Positions 41,951 through 54,565 of a stretch of 64,000 nt of DNA are shown here, piece after piece (within the stretch, counting starts at the first letter, position 1; each line of letters begins with the position of its first letter). The notes beneath the pieces were generated by a model that saw only the letters and a list, made by a program, of their open reading frames with translations, was not told the origin of the DNA and did no database searches. Source of the DNA: Octopus sinensis (lineage: Eukaryota); assembly GCF_006345805.1 (NCBI RefSeq), contig NC_043015.1, forward strand, positions 13,144,001-13,208,000. The letters run 5' to 3'. A program made the translations under genes and the position numbers.

Positions 41951-42089
41951 TAAGAAAAAAAGAAAGAAAAGGTAATTCTTGTACCTATTTCTCATCACAC
42001 TGTTCCATTCCACTTGACTGCAATTGTTTAGAAGTGCTCTCTGTCCACATTATTATTTAACTCCAGTCAGGCAAACATAATCATAAATG

Positions 42090-43900
42090 TTAATCGAAGA
42101 ATTTTTTTGTAAATGATAGTCTGTTTTTGGAAGCCATATTGATATATTTATAATGCAAGTCCGTTAGATGCTATTTCAAAAAATGTTAGATTGTTTGAGA
42201 ATATTAGTTTAGTAGACAATTCCTGACTATAAAGGACATGATTAATGATATTCTAGTTTCCTTGAAACAAGCAGCATACATTTTGCTTTATTCAATAGCT
42301 GTTGAGAAAACAGATATCGTAAATTCAGCACAATTGGCTATTAACACGTGGGATATTTTTACAATACGAAGAGATTTATTTGCCTTAACCCTTTTGTTAT
42401 ATATATTTGGAGATGCTCTGTGTTTCTTTCAATTACTAGAAATACAACAAAGAATTTAGTAAAATAACTTAGTTATCATTCAGCTAGTGTTAGGAACATA
42501 AATTGTGACTGAGATTTTGTGGAAGATTTTAATTCAAAACTTATGAAAACAAGACATTTGTACTTAGAGCCAGAGCCAGTTCCAACCGGGTTGGTAACAA
42601 AATGGTTAAAATTGATGCATGAAAGTATGTGAAAATGAAAATCATCTTTCTGAATTAATATCAAGAACTGATTTTGATTTGCCTTACGAAAAATTTTAAC
42701 ATAATTGCAGATAGTGTGTCATATATGATAGGGTTTCAAAAAAGGGCTTTGTTTTCTTAATCAGAAAAAGAATTGGTGAACCTTCTACTGGATTATAGTA
42801 ACCTTAATGCATCACTGTATTATTTAACAACAAAATTTTGAGCACATTTTCTAAGAATGAACAAAGTGATGAAAACAGTAACAAAAAGTATTAACTTCAC
42901 AAAAAAATGGCATGAATCACAGAGAATTTAAATATGTTTTGAAGGGCCTTGAAATGAAAAATATAGAGATTTTATTGAACTATTGTGAGGTTTACTGACG
43001 AAGCAAAAGATGAAATGCAAACTGTTTATGAATGTTGAAGGTATTCCCATTATGGAAATAGCTGTAATTTGACATTTTTGATCAATATCAGTAACCATGT
43101 AAACGATCTAAGTTTGAGATTACAAGAGATTGGATGAGCTTATTACCGCTCTCATTACCAACATAAATTCATCATCATCATCATCATTTAACGTCCGCTT
43201 TCCATGCTAGCATGGGTTGGACGGTTCAACTGGGGTCTGGGAAGCCCGAAGGCTGCACCAGGCCAGTCAGATCTAGCAGTGTTTCTACAGCTGGATGCCC
43301 TTCCTAATGCCAACCACTCCGTGAGTGTAGTGGGTGCTTTTTACATGCCACCCGCACAGGTGCCAGACGAGGCTGGTGAACGGCCACACTTGGATGGTGT
43401 TTGTTATGTGCCACCAGCACGGAGGCCAGGCGATGCGGTGCTGGCTGCAATTGTTCTTAACTCATCTGAAAAGATATTGCTTGCAACATTTTCCAACATT
43501 GAGTGTAGACCAGATTGAACAATGGAATATGTCACAAAATGTTTCAGTCTTCTGAATATTTTTCAAAAGAAGTTTTGAGATTGCAAAATCACAAGTAGCT
43601 CCAACTACTAACGCATGAAATTCCACGTGATGTGAATCTAGATGAAACTCCTGATTCTTTGGAACTCAAATTAATCACTTTACAATCGGATTAAAGCTTT
43701 GAAATTCAAATTTAATAGGATTTTTAAAATTCCAAATAGATAAAGTATGTAGATATTGAAAAATATCCACTTATGAGGAATCACACACTGAAAATTGTAT
43801 AATTTTTTTCTACCATTGATTCATATGAATAATTTTTCTAAATAAATTTAGTTAAGAATCACTTGAATCCAACTAAGAACTGCAAATGTCATCATGCTTA
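42090..43900 (+). pseudogene. hAT transposase pseudogene (GTF2IRD2/EPM2AIP1/SPIN-Charlie type), interrupted by an RTE tail at 43169-43445
   Basis: Ordered fragments LFENISL, YSIAVE-KTDIVNSAQLAI (cf. DESTDxxDxAQLA), MHHCIIxQQ (cf. HCIIHQ), NHREFK, YCEV (cf. EVRWLS), LQHFPTL, LITLQSD, EKYPLMRNH. Confidence 0.8.
43169..43445 (-). mobile_element. RTE 3' end (5'-truncated) nested in the hAT remnant
   Basis: (TCA)n followed by TTTAACGTCCGCTTTCCATGCTAGCATGGGTTGGACGG is the reverse complement of the tail at ~9020-9076. Confidence 0.85.
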
Positions 43901-43984
43901 ACCAATATCATTGAGCAATGAATAATGCAATGAAGAACCAATTATAATGCAAGATAAGTTTTATTAACTCTGAAAAAGGATATT

Positions 43985-44255
43985 TGGGTGGAGGTATGGC
44001 TGTGTGGTTAAGAAGCTTGATTTGCAACCATATGGGTTTTAGATCAGTCCTATCGTATCACACTTTGAGCAAGTGTCTTCTGTATAGCTCCAGAAAAATC
44101 AATATTTTATGAGTGAGCTTGGCTGATGGAAACTGTGTGATGCCCGTATATATGTGTGTGCATGTGTGTATTTGTCACTTCCACCACTGGACAACTAGTG
44201 TTGATTTGCTTACAGCTCCATAACTTAGTGGTTTAGCAAAAGAGACTGATAGAAT
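43985..44255 (+). mobile_element. CORE-like SINE, decayed
   Basis: GGTATGGCTGTGTGGTTAAGAAGC...TTGAGCAAGTGTCTTC...GAGACTGATAGAATAAG. Confidence 0.75.
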
Positions 44256-44827
44256 AAGTGTCAGTCTTCAAAAAAAATAATAATAAAAATAATAAAAACC
44301 CACTTATTTTCTGTGTTAGGTTCATGTGTAGCGTTGGGGTTTGAGTGAACTGGTCTGAATCTTTAGTGTAATTTGGAAAGTGAGATGTCTGGATTAGTGA
44401 TTTCAAGGATTAACCTGGCAATTTCGAGAGTGTGTACTGGAGGGTGATGCTTCTTACATGATGTTGCTACCTTTGTGTTTTTAGAATAGTGAAGATTTTC
44501 CTACTTTCCAGATTCTGCAGATTTGATTATTGTTATGAGTACTTGTCATTTAACTCCAGGTCAGTCATGATCAATCTAACTAACATTTATTTAGACTTGT
44601 TTACCAATGTCAGGTTTTATTCACCATTTAACAAACATTTTTTACTTGCTACAAGCTGGAAGATGACCTCAAAACTAAAAGGAGTTAGACAACAAACAAG
44701 GGAGGCTACTTTGCTCTATAATTAGAGATAATAGCTCATATCCCCGCCATATTTACTTGTGTATTAGTTGATCTCTTAATTTAGTGTTAAATTTTGGTAC
44801 AATATTTTTATCCCTTCATAGTTTTAG

Positions 44828-44908
44828 CTTTACTCTGTGTATAAGTCGCACCCCAGAATTTGCAGTTAAAATTAAGTATAAAATAGTGTGACTTATACAC
44901 AAGTAAAG
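44828..44908. mobile_element. Short Tc1/pogo-like MITE
   Basis: ~23-bp imperfect TIRs CTTTACTCTGTGTATAAGTCGCAC / GTGTGACTTATACACAAGTAAAG. Confidence 0.5.
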
Positions 44909-45262
44909 ATAGTATATTAAATGTCAGCTATCATAGACAGCTAAATTAAACAAACACTTAAACAATAATTATATTATATATCTTATAGGATATGTTCCTT
45001 TGAGTACAAAGGAGGCATTTAGTACAACTTTGGAGAGGAGAAGCAGAGTCGGTGGCTATCAAGCAGAGTTTCTCATCTGATTCAGGCATTGTTTACTTGG
45101 GAGGCTCAAATGCTGTTGGTTTAGACACAAAATTAGAAGAGACATCACTTCAAGGAGCAAGGTGTCTTTACTACACTGTGGACTGCCTACCATTAGAGAA
45201 CCTGAACTCTGTGAAGTGAGGAGACACATTCAGCAATTCAACTCTCTCTACTACAAGCTTAG

Positions 45263-45590
45263 TGAAGGTATGTGGCTTAGTGTTAGGGTTAGGGTATTCA
45301 GCTCACAATCTTACAATGATGAGTTCAACTTGAGCAAGACACTTTATTTCATGTTGCTCCAGTCCACTCAGCTGGCCAGAATGATTAATATCTATAGTTC
45401 AAAGGGCCAGCATTGTCACTTCCTGTGTCATGCTGAATTTCCCTGGAAACTGCATTAAGGGTATGCTTGTCCGTGGAGTGCTCAGCCACTTGCATGTTCA
45501 TTTCACAAGCAGGCTGTTCTGTTTATTGGATCGACTGGAACCCTTGTCATCAGAACTGATGGCGTGCCAAAGTTATATTTACTACAGGGT
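45263..45590 (+). mobile_element. tRNA-derived SINE (third family)
   Basis: Homologous to the minus-strand pieces at 47115-47206 and 47610-47850. Confidence 0.65.
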
Positions 45591-46269
45591 TGTATTTAAT
45601 CTGGCAATTATTATATTTCAGGATAATCTTGGTACCCAGAAGAAGATAGCAATGAAAGGATAGACTACCCTTTTGAAGATTTACACTGATAGTTAAAAAG
45701 ACATTTATGTGGAGTGCAATTTGGTGAAGTCAAGAGTAGAAAATAGATTGAATGAGGTGCACCAGGAAGAACTAGTTCTCAGACATAGTCCATTACCTTG
45801 TGTGTTGTAAGGAGTAGTTCTATTAATAGTTATGTCTTGTTAGTACAAGATTTATTGTAAATCCTTTGACATGGAAGATGTATTACAATGAGGATTCCAA
45901 AAACTGAGAAGAATTTTGATAAGCGCTTTATAATGGTTTTGGTATTTCATATCTGCACATGGGAAAGCAAATGGGAACTTGAGAATTCATCCATGATGGT
46001 CAGCAAATATTAGTTTTTAGTAGAAAGGTCCCTTAAAATCAAGACTTAGTCTCTCAAAGTCCAAGTAACTGTTATCACATGAGCAGGTATAGGATTATAA
46101 AACCTTGGTTTTATCTCATCACACGTGGAGATCATTCTTTTGATTTCCTTTTCAGAATATGGAAGATTTCTGGCACATACAAAATGAAACATCCATGTGA
46201 TGCTAGGATGCTACAAATCCTTATGGAGTTTATGAAGTACATCACTAAACAGCACAATCATGAGACAGA

Positions 46270-46763
46270 GTGTTAGCAACAGCATTGACATGCATAAGAT
46301 CTGGTCAGCAAATCTAAGTAGAGACTTCAAACTTGAAATCTTCAGAGCCACAGTCAAGCCAATTCTACTATATGGCTCAGAAACCTTGGACGTTATCAAA
46401 GAAGCTTGAGAGGCGGTTGGATGGAACCTACGCTCGCCTTCTTATGAGAGCTCAAAATCTCTCATGGAAGAGTCATCCAACCAAAATGCAAATATATGGG
46501 AAACTACCACCTGTGTCATCTCTTGTGAAAGGTAGGAGAGTCCAGTTTGCTGGACATTGTTGTAGAGCTGAAAACGAGGCAATTTCTACTCTTCTCCTCT
46601 GGAAGCCATTTACTCGCAACACCAGAGGGCACACACTCTTCTACCCTGATGTAATCTCCAGGGATACAGCAACAGGACCTCCGTAATGCTATGATGGACC
46701 ATGAAGTCTGGCATAGCATGGTAAATTCCATAGTCTCGACCACGGTTGAACAATGATGATGAT
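46270..46763 (+). mobile_element. RTE-clade LINE 3' fragment (second family)
   Basis: DMHKIWS..KLEIFRATV.PILLYGSETWTLSKKLERRLDGTYARLLMRAQNLSWKSHPT..IYG..RRVQFAGHC (one frameshift); (GAT)n tail. Confidence 0.85.
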
Positions 46764-47206
46764 GTCCCTATAAGTAAAGTCATATTGAAAATAGGAGAGT
46801 TCTAAGTATCAATGATTTATTTTCCTATTCTTTATTTTACTGTTCCATCTAATACCAAACATGAAGGCAACAAATTTCTAATCTATTACCAACTGGAATT
46901 GATAGTAGAATAGATAATATCTCTGCTTCTTTAAAGATTCTACAATGGCATAGGCTTTTTCTTCTTTGGAAGAATGTCTCCACTCACAAGCTGAATGTGT
47001 TCTTGAATAGAAAGCCACTACTTAGCAGTGTGTGTATCTTCAGGAGCAGTATCCAAACGTTCAGAGTGGAAGAATTTTCCCATGATGAAAATTAATGTTC
47101 TACAGGTATTATATAAAAAAAACTGACACTCTGTTGGTTAGGATGACAAGGGTTTCAGTCGATGCAACCAATGGAACAGCTTGCTCGTAAAATTAACATA
47201 CAAGTA

Positions 47207-47609
47207 GGCGCAGGAGTGGCTGTGTGGTAAGTAGCTTGCTAACCAACCACATGGTTCCAGGTTCAGTCCCACAGCGTGGCATCTTGGGCAAGTGTCTTCT
47301 GCTATAGCCCCGGGCCGACCAATGCCTTGTGAGTGGATTTGGTAGACGGAAACTGAAAGAAGCCTGTCGTATATATGTATATATATATATAAGTGTGTGT
47401 GTGTGTCTGTGTTTGTCCCCCTAGCATTGCTTGACAACCGATGCTGGTGTGTTTACTTCCCCGTCACTTAGCGGTTCGGCAAAAGAGACCGATAGAATAA
47501 GTACTGGGCTTACAAAGAATAAGTCCTGGGATCGATTTGCTCGACTAAAGGCGGTGCTCCAGCATGGCCGCAGTCAAATGACTGAAACAAGTAAAAGAGT
47601 AAAAGAGTA
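47207..47609 (+). mobile_element. Full-length CORE-like tRNA-derived SINE, nested in a minus-strand SINE
   Basis: GGCGCAGGAGTGGCTGTGTGGTAAG head, GGTTCAGTCCC B box, CTTGGGCAAG motif, internal (TA)/(TG) tract, (AAAGAGTA)n tail. Confidence 0.9.
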
Positions 47610-48359
47610 GTTGAGCACTCTATAGACATGCATACTATTAGCATAGTTCTCAGTGAAATTCAATGTGATATAGTATGACAAGGCTGGTCCTTTGAAAAAG
47701 AAAGTACTACTCATTTTTGCCAGCTGAGTGAACTGAAGCAACTTAGAATAAAGAATCTTGCCCAAGGACACAATATGACGCCAGGAATTGAACTCATGAC
47801 CTTACAATCATGAGCTGAATATCCTAACCACTTAGCCATGCACCTTCACTGGTTATATGTACATTAAACCAAAGGATGAAGTGTATGCATGGCATGTATT
47901 AGCTACTTGTCAACAAGAGTTTTATGAATAACTAGACAAATATTTACAAACATTAAAGATCTGAGCAAAGGATTGCTACTATAAAGTTGTAACTGCTGGG
48001 CAATACAACAGTTACTGTTAATGGCCTTTCTGCTACACAGATGAAGCAATGCTTACTCAAGAATAAACACTGGATCTGTAGGCAGCCTATGAGCAAGCAT
48101 TTACTTTACAAATGGCTGAAAAACACTCAGCATCTTTTATATGATCTCTCTCAATTAATGCTGCTGTTGGTGGTCTTCCAGAATCTCAGTTGGAGAATTA
48201 TACTTGTGCACATCCAGATCAACCCTAAACACTTATCCCTATATATTTCTTCAGCAGATTAAAGAGACATTGTTGATCAAAATGCCCTGCCAACGATGTG
48301 CTACGTAATAATTGTGGTAAGAAGGGATTTTATACCAATATATCCACAATAGCTGCATT

Positions 48360-49560
48360 TTCTGCTGCCTCGCCTCACTGTTTGTCATAAGTTATTATGG
48401 ATAATAAAATAAATGGTAGTAAAACCAAAACATTAATACACGTAGGAGGCTCAAAAAGCTTCCTTCACAAGGGAAAAAGTAAACAGTTAAGTGGAAGGCG
48501 AATTCTACAAATGGGGAATAAATTAACATATATTAAGACTTATTTCACTTTCTCAGGTTTTATTACCTATTTAACAAACATACTGCGCTTGTCACCGACC
48601 AGAAGAAAACCCCCGAAATAGATTTACAATAAAACGACAAACAAGGGAGGCTACTTAGCTCTGTAACCCCAGGTTATAGTTTACAAACCTATGATCAAAG
48701 ATTATTGTGTAGTTCAAGATGTTAGGGAGTGAATTAATTCGTTTAGGCTGTAAGAGTTTTTGGCATATGTTTGCGATTTCTTTTGACCCTGAGGCTTCTG
48801 AGTTTTAGATTTCTTTATTAATTATTGAGTGTGTGGTTTTTTATTTAAAAAACTTTGTCAAGGTGAACTAAGGTATTTTTCATTTTATATTCCTCTCTTC
48901 ATATGGTGTTTTGTTTCTGATTTTTGAGAAATGTGGTTGCTTGGTTTTGGAATGTGGTTTTGCTAGTTGAAGTTTTGTCTGACGCGTGTAGTAGTGTGGC
49001 TACTATTTTTATTTATACTGTCTTTTTTTTTATTGTTTTATATTGTTTTGTGGTCTAAACTGAATGCAAATATTTGGTTGTCTTGTGATCTTTTTTTTAA
49101 TGGTTTATTATATTTGCTATTTCCTTATTTAAGTTGTTTTGATGCTGAGTTTTATTTCAGTTGTATGTGGTGTTGCGTTTGAGGCTGTACATTTTATATT
49201 TTGATTTTTAAGGTTAGCTATTTCTGAGAGTGTGTAGTTTTAATGTTACCTTCTGAGATATGTTTTAGATGTATCTATAAATATTTTGTTGATTGTATGT
49301 ATTAGTGTTTATATCGGTGAGCGTGATGTTGTTGAATGCTGAAAATTACGATTTTGTTTTTTCTGGGTTTGCTCTGCCGGGAATTTTTTTCAATGCTTGT
49401 AAAAGGGGTATTTTCTACATTAGTTTAAGAAGGGAATTATGGAGTGTGTGTGGTGCAAAAGGAGATTTCTGGAAAAGAGCTTTAGTCATTGGCTTTGTAA
49501 TGTATGCATGGGTTAGTGTAGGTTGTTTAGGTTCTAAAGAGAAAATCGTTATGGTATTAT
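48360..49560 (-). mobile_element. Possible second, highly decayed Penelope-like element
   Basis: Strand-skewed composition; FRPQNNIK and YYTRQT fragments; terminal segment (AACAAACAAGGGAGGCTACTT) repeated at ~44690; boundaries approximate. Confidence 0.3.
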
Positions 49561-50065
49561 GTTACCTTTTGTGTTAACTGTCTTAATTGAAAAACAGATA
49601 ACAACTTCTCTGATGGAAGTGTAATGAAACTTTTCGCAATTATGGTATTTATGAGAGCATTAAAATGATGTATTCAAATCAAGTAACCTGGTGAAACAGT
49701 TGGTGAAGTTGCTGGTGATGTGTGTATGTTTACCATTTTCATGTGCTTTGTGGTGCTGTATTTAACCCTCACCCAAACCCCTAAGCCTAAACCGTAAATA
49801 TAAACCCTAACCTTAAATCCTACCCCTAGTGCTAATTCTAATCTAGATCAGGTCATTTAGCAATTAAAAGTATGGATAATTTGATATGCTAAAGCAGAAT
49901 GGAATGTTCCCTACAGAAGCCCTTAAGATGGCAAACCTTTTTGATTTTGAAGTACTTGATTTTCAGATGTTTTGAAGCTTGTTACAATTATACAAAGAAA
50001 TCTTTCTTACCATCAGCAACATGTGTTATGAAACCTCTTCTCTCATGATAGAATCTATCTAACCT

Positions 50066-50307
50066 AATCTAAAGAAGGTGGTGAGCTGGCAGAAACGTTA
50101 GCATGCCGGGTGAAATGCTTTGTGATATTTCGTCTGCCGCTGTGTTCTGAGTTCAAATTCTGCCAAGGTTGACTTCGCCTTTCATCCTTTCGGGGTCGAT
50201 AAATTAAGTACCAGTTACACACTGGAATCGATGTAATTGACTTAATCCGTTTGTTTGTCCTTGTTTGTCCCCTCTATGTTTAGCCCCTTGTGGGCAATAA
50301 AGAAATA
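50066..50307 (+). mobile_element. SINE, conserved body, stem-loop tail type B; 16-bp TSD
   Basis: TSD AGAATCTATCTAACCT at 50050-50065 and 50308-50323; ends AGCCCCTTGTGGGCAATAAAGAAATA. Confidence 0.9.
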
Positions 50308-51349
50308 AGAATCTATCTAACCTGACCTGAGTGGAATTAAAGAATTCAGTTTCTTGTGTTGCAGATTCAAAAATGCTTTCTGAATTATTGTTATGTAAAT
50401 GTCTTGTGCAGTGAAATGTTTTAGCTTCATAGTTGCATTTCATGGGTCATTTATTTTGTGTTGTAGTATTTTAATGTTTTTATATAATATCTAAAATGTT
50501 TATTTTTGTGTTTGACATGTTTGGATTTTTAAATGTATTCTATGCAGACCTATGATATTGGATGGAGAGATAATAATGATATATCACATAGTGCACATAT
50601 TATTGTTATTATTCTGTAGTGTTGTGTGTTTATGTGGAATTTTTTAAATGTGGTAGTTTGAATGTATTTATGTGTGCAGTTTAGAAAACAATGAATTCTT
50701 TTAGTGATTTTAGAGTTTGCTTTCTGCAGAATATTCTAATGGCATCCATGCATGGAAAGAATATTTCTCTTTGATGAACCTACATCATTTAACTGGCGTT
50801 CTAGCCATGGCCATCCTACCTCATTTTCTGCCTCAAGACATCAGGGTAGGATTTGAAGGAGATGCAGCTGGAATTTTGGCAGGCCAAGAGACTATGTTGA
50901 AGCTTTTTCATTGGTTCATGCTATCCACATTATTGCTGTTGCTTTACTCGATGTCTGCACTGGCCAATGATGTTCCAACAATCCTCATCCCATCTTATTT
51001 TCAAACAAAATATATCTAGGATAGTGATGGTAAACGTTTTTAGTAAACATGTTGATATTTCAATGTTTTTAAAATCATAATCTTGATTTTAGAGTGTCAT
51101 CTACATCTATGCATGTTTCTGGCAAATACTTACAAATAAGTCACTTATTAAAAAAAATTATGCCTTACATAAAATGCAACTTGAAATTTTAAAACATCCA
51201 TGGACAACAGATGTTAATAATGATGATGATGATGATTTAAAAAATTAGATAAAATGAAATTTAAAAAGTTACTTGAACTTCATTAAATTTTTTGTTGCTG
51301 AGTTTGAGAAACAGTTCTATGTACACATTTTAAAGCTATTCTGATGCTT

Positions 51350-51905
51350 TAAAAGCAGTACTTGTGTTGTCATTCATTCTGTTTCACTTTTTTAAAAATA
51401 TTATTTAGTGCTGGAAACAATGTCTCAGATGAACACATTAATGAGAAAATAGGAATACTTTTTCAAGAATTTTAAGAGTACCATTATGTTTGGGAATATA
51501 ATTCCACATTCCCAGTAGTTAGTTCACAGTCTGAATAGTTGATGATTACTTTTGCACATTCATGTTCAATTTTCTTTAAACTTGCTTTTGGCATAATGGA
51601 TTTTAACTTCCAAATAGGATTGGACTGAAGGTCCACACTTCTAAATTTCTCAAGTCCTACCACTCAAACACAACTAATTTCAGATTGTATGAAATCTTCA
51701 TTTGTGTGTTGTTCAAGTTTCTTACAGCTGGTTTCTTCACAGAATTTCTTACCCTTTGGGAAGCACTTAAGACTTTCAGAATCAAAATTCTTCATCAAGT
51801 CGAAGAGCATGCCAAGTAGGTTTTCCAAACCTTGCAGTTTACTATTAAGTTTGTTCAAGTGTAACGAAAAATCTATGAAAAGCGTAAGTTTATTGAGCCA
51901 AGCAA
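51350..51905 (-). pseudogene. Second hAT (GTF2IRD2/SPIN-type) transposase remnant, C-terminal part
   Basis: WLNKLTLFIDFSLHLNKLNSKLQG (cf. WLxxLAFLxDxxxHLNxLNxxLQG), DLQSN, and CSSETLF..LN (hATC-like). Confidence 0.7.
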
Positions 51906-53753
51906 AATAATATAACTAAGAAAATTCATGTTACATGCATTTCATAGAGGTGGGGGCAAAATGAGTAATATCCAATTTCTTGTTATTTTTCCTTACCTGT
52001 TTGAAATTATTATATTGTAAGTATTGCATCATCATTTTGTACAGTTAGATCATCTTCAGGAGTAAAAATTAGCCAGCATTGTTATTGTTGTTGAAATTGA
52101 GAGAGTTTGGAACATAATCAGCTGATAGGTACATTCCTTTCAAGAAATTTTTCCGTAGTTTTGTCCCAAAGTTGCTAATAAAATATCTGGATAATTTTGG
52201 TGTTTGACTATCAACATACTTTTTTCTGTTGGATTGCAAGTCAATTTTTTTCCCACACTAATATGTAATTTGATAAATTTTTATAGTTAAAAAAAAAAAA
52301 AAAAAAAAAAAGATACCTACAGTGGGGCAAAATGGGTAATGATTAATTTCAATTTCTTTTTTTTTTTTATGGCATGGTGAATAAATATAACACTCTAGCA
52401 GATCGTGAAGAAACTATAGAGAAAGCTAGTGATATGATTTTTCAAATGTAATTCTAGAGAATTGAGAAGGCAAATGTACCTTACTTTGTCTTACTCATTT
52501 AAATTTGTCTTTTGTATACTCAAAAAGAACAGATAATTTCCTGAAATAGTGTTCTGAAAATGTTATGTTTTTAACACATTCAGAGGAGGTCACTTGTTTA
52601 GCTGATATAGTTTTTGCAAGGTAGTGTGAACATTTGTAAAAATATTTTTCTCTCAGTGTCAAAAATGGAATAAATATTACTCATTGTATCTCATCCCTCT
52701 CTAAAAATAGCCTGATTTCACTTAAACATTTAACCTCCTAAATACTTTGAATAATTCTAGACCATTGTAATCTCGTTCCACTTAATTTAAATTAAATTCT
52801 TGTTCGTGCAAAACCCTGTAAGATATAAATTGATAGTCTTCATCAAAATCAGAAAGCTTACTTTTGTGCACAATACTTCTTGAGATATAACAAGCGGAAA
52901 GAAGCAAGTGGATGACCGTTAGCTTCTGTGAATTACTTTACAAAACCAATATTTCAGTTTGATATGCTAGAAGCACTATCCATAATTTGTAACCAAAACT
53001 GTTTGAAAGGAATCTACTTGTCATCTACGCAGCATTTTAACGAAGCAGTCATTTAGGTATTTCCTGGTGGGTTTTGAGACAAATTCTCTAACTTTACGAA
53101 TAGATTTTCTGAGGAAATATCGTACGAAAGTAGTTGATCGAGTTGATGACACAATATCAGCTCTCTCATTTAGACAAATAGAAATGAACTTAGACAAATA
53201 GAAATGAACTTAGAAAAATTTGTAAAAGTGAAAAAATTATCTTATTAAATATTTCTCAAAGGTAGGACGAAAGAAGTTTGAAAGATTTGAATTGCAAATC
53301 AAAGAAGTGTAGCGAGAAATCGTCGTCGTATAACTCAACAATTTATTCCTTTCGTTATTTGTTACAAAGAATGATTTACACAGCAAAAAAACTGGATGTT
53401 CTCTTTAAAGGGAGTGGGGGCTGTGTGTGTATGTGATAGGCAAGCAGTTGTATTTCATAAGTTCATGTAACTGTTCATTAGTTTCGAGTTGAAAATGAGA
53501 AAGAAATTCGAGATATTATCTAACGCTGTCCGTTAAGTGCGACAAAGCGTTAGAAGACATATTTATTTCTATGAGAAAGATGGAAGTTGAGAGACCATCT
53601 TGTATAACGTAGCCCAGACTGACATCGTGTCTAGCCACAATTTACATGATTTCTAATCGGAGTTGATTCACAGGTTTATATAAAAAATTTCTAGAATATT
53701 CTCGAAATAAATTTCGCACGGTCCATGATCAATTTGGCTGCAATATATGTCAG

Positions 53754-53973
53754 TAAGAAAGCGGCGAGCTGGTAGAATTGTTAATATGCCGGGCAAAATG
53801 CTTAGTGGCATTTCGACTGTCTTTACATTCTAAGTTCAGATTCCGCCGCGGTCGACTTTGCCTTTCATCCTTTCGAAGTCGATAAAATAAGTACCAGTTG
53901 AGTACCGGGGTCGATGTAATCGACTTATCCCCTCCACTGAAATTGCTGGTCTTGTTCCAAAATTTGAAACCGT
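53754..53973 (+). mobile_element. SINE, conserved body, tail type A; 10-bp TSD
   Basis: TSD TATATGTCAG at 53744-53753 and 53974-53983; little decay. Confidence 0.88.
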
Positions 53974-54074
53974 TATATGTCAGCAGATGTGTAGGTGTTT
54001 TGGTTAATTGCGTTAATGTTCTCTTGCTACCTATGCCAAATATTACCATATTTGGTAATATTAAGGAATCATAA

Positions 54075-54428
54075 GGCAGCGAGCTGGCAGAAACGTTTGC
54101 ACACAGTGAGTTCAAATTCCGCCGAGGTCGACTTTGCTTTCATCCTTTCGGGATCGATTAAATAAGTACCAGTTAGGCACTGGGGGTCGATATAATTGAC
54201 TTAATCCGTTTGTCTGTCCTTGTTTGTCCTCTCTGCGTTTAGCCCCTTGTGGGTAGTAAAGAAATAGGTATTTCGCGGTATTTCGTTCTGCGTTCAAATT
54301 CCGCCGAGGTCGACTTTGCCTTTCATCCTTTCGGGGTCGATACTGGGGTCGACGCAATCGACTTAATCCCTTTGTCTGTCCTTGTTTGTCCCCTTTATGT
54401 TTAGCCCCTTGTGGGCAATAAAGAAATA
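54075..54428 (+). mobile_element. Head-to-tail SINE dimer, tail type B
   Basis: Unit 1 (54075-54266) and unit 2 (54267-54428) both end in GCCCCTTGTGGGYARTAAAGAAATA; each has a different internal deletion. Confidence 0.85.
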
Positions 54429-54565
54429 ACATTTAAAACTCAGGGAAACTAGATAGCCGAACTCCGAGCGTGACCGTTGTTCCCGGCACATTTTCTCCTA
54501 GTTGCGCACTATTATTTTTTCTGTTCAACCGACCAAATCTCTCTTCGCTCCTTGTTGATGTAGTT

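Noticed and set aside
45650-45960. Possible Tx1/L1 RT remnant as the partner LINE of the tail-B elements
   Set aside because: Too degenerate to assign by eye, and no tail-B sequence is adjacent.
49770-49850. Telomere-like (CCCTAA)n tract
   Set aside because: Short and highly degenerate; such tracts are common inside invertebrate repeats, and nothing indicates an interstitial telomere.
51664-51858. 64-aa ORF as a host gene
   Set aside because: It is a fragment of a decayed hAT transposase.
53170-53215. 20-bp tandem duplication (TTAGACAAATAGAAATGAAC x2), and a similar one at 3929-3967
   Set aside because: Simple slippage duplications with no spacer diversity; not CRISPR-like.
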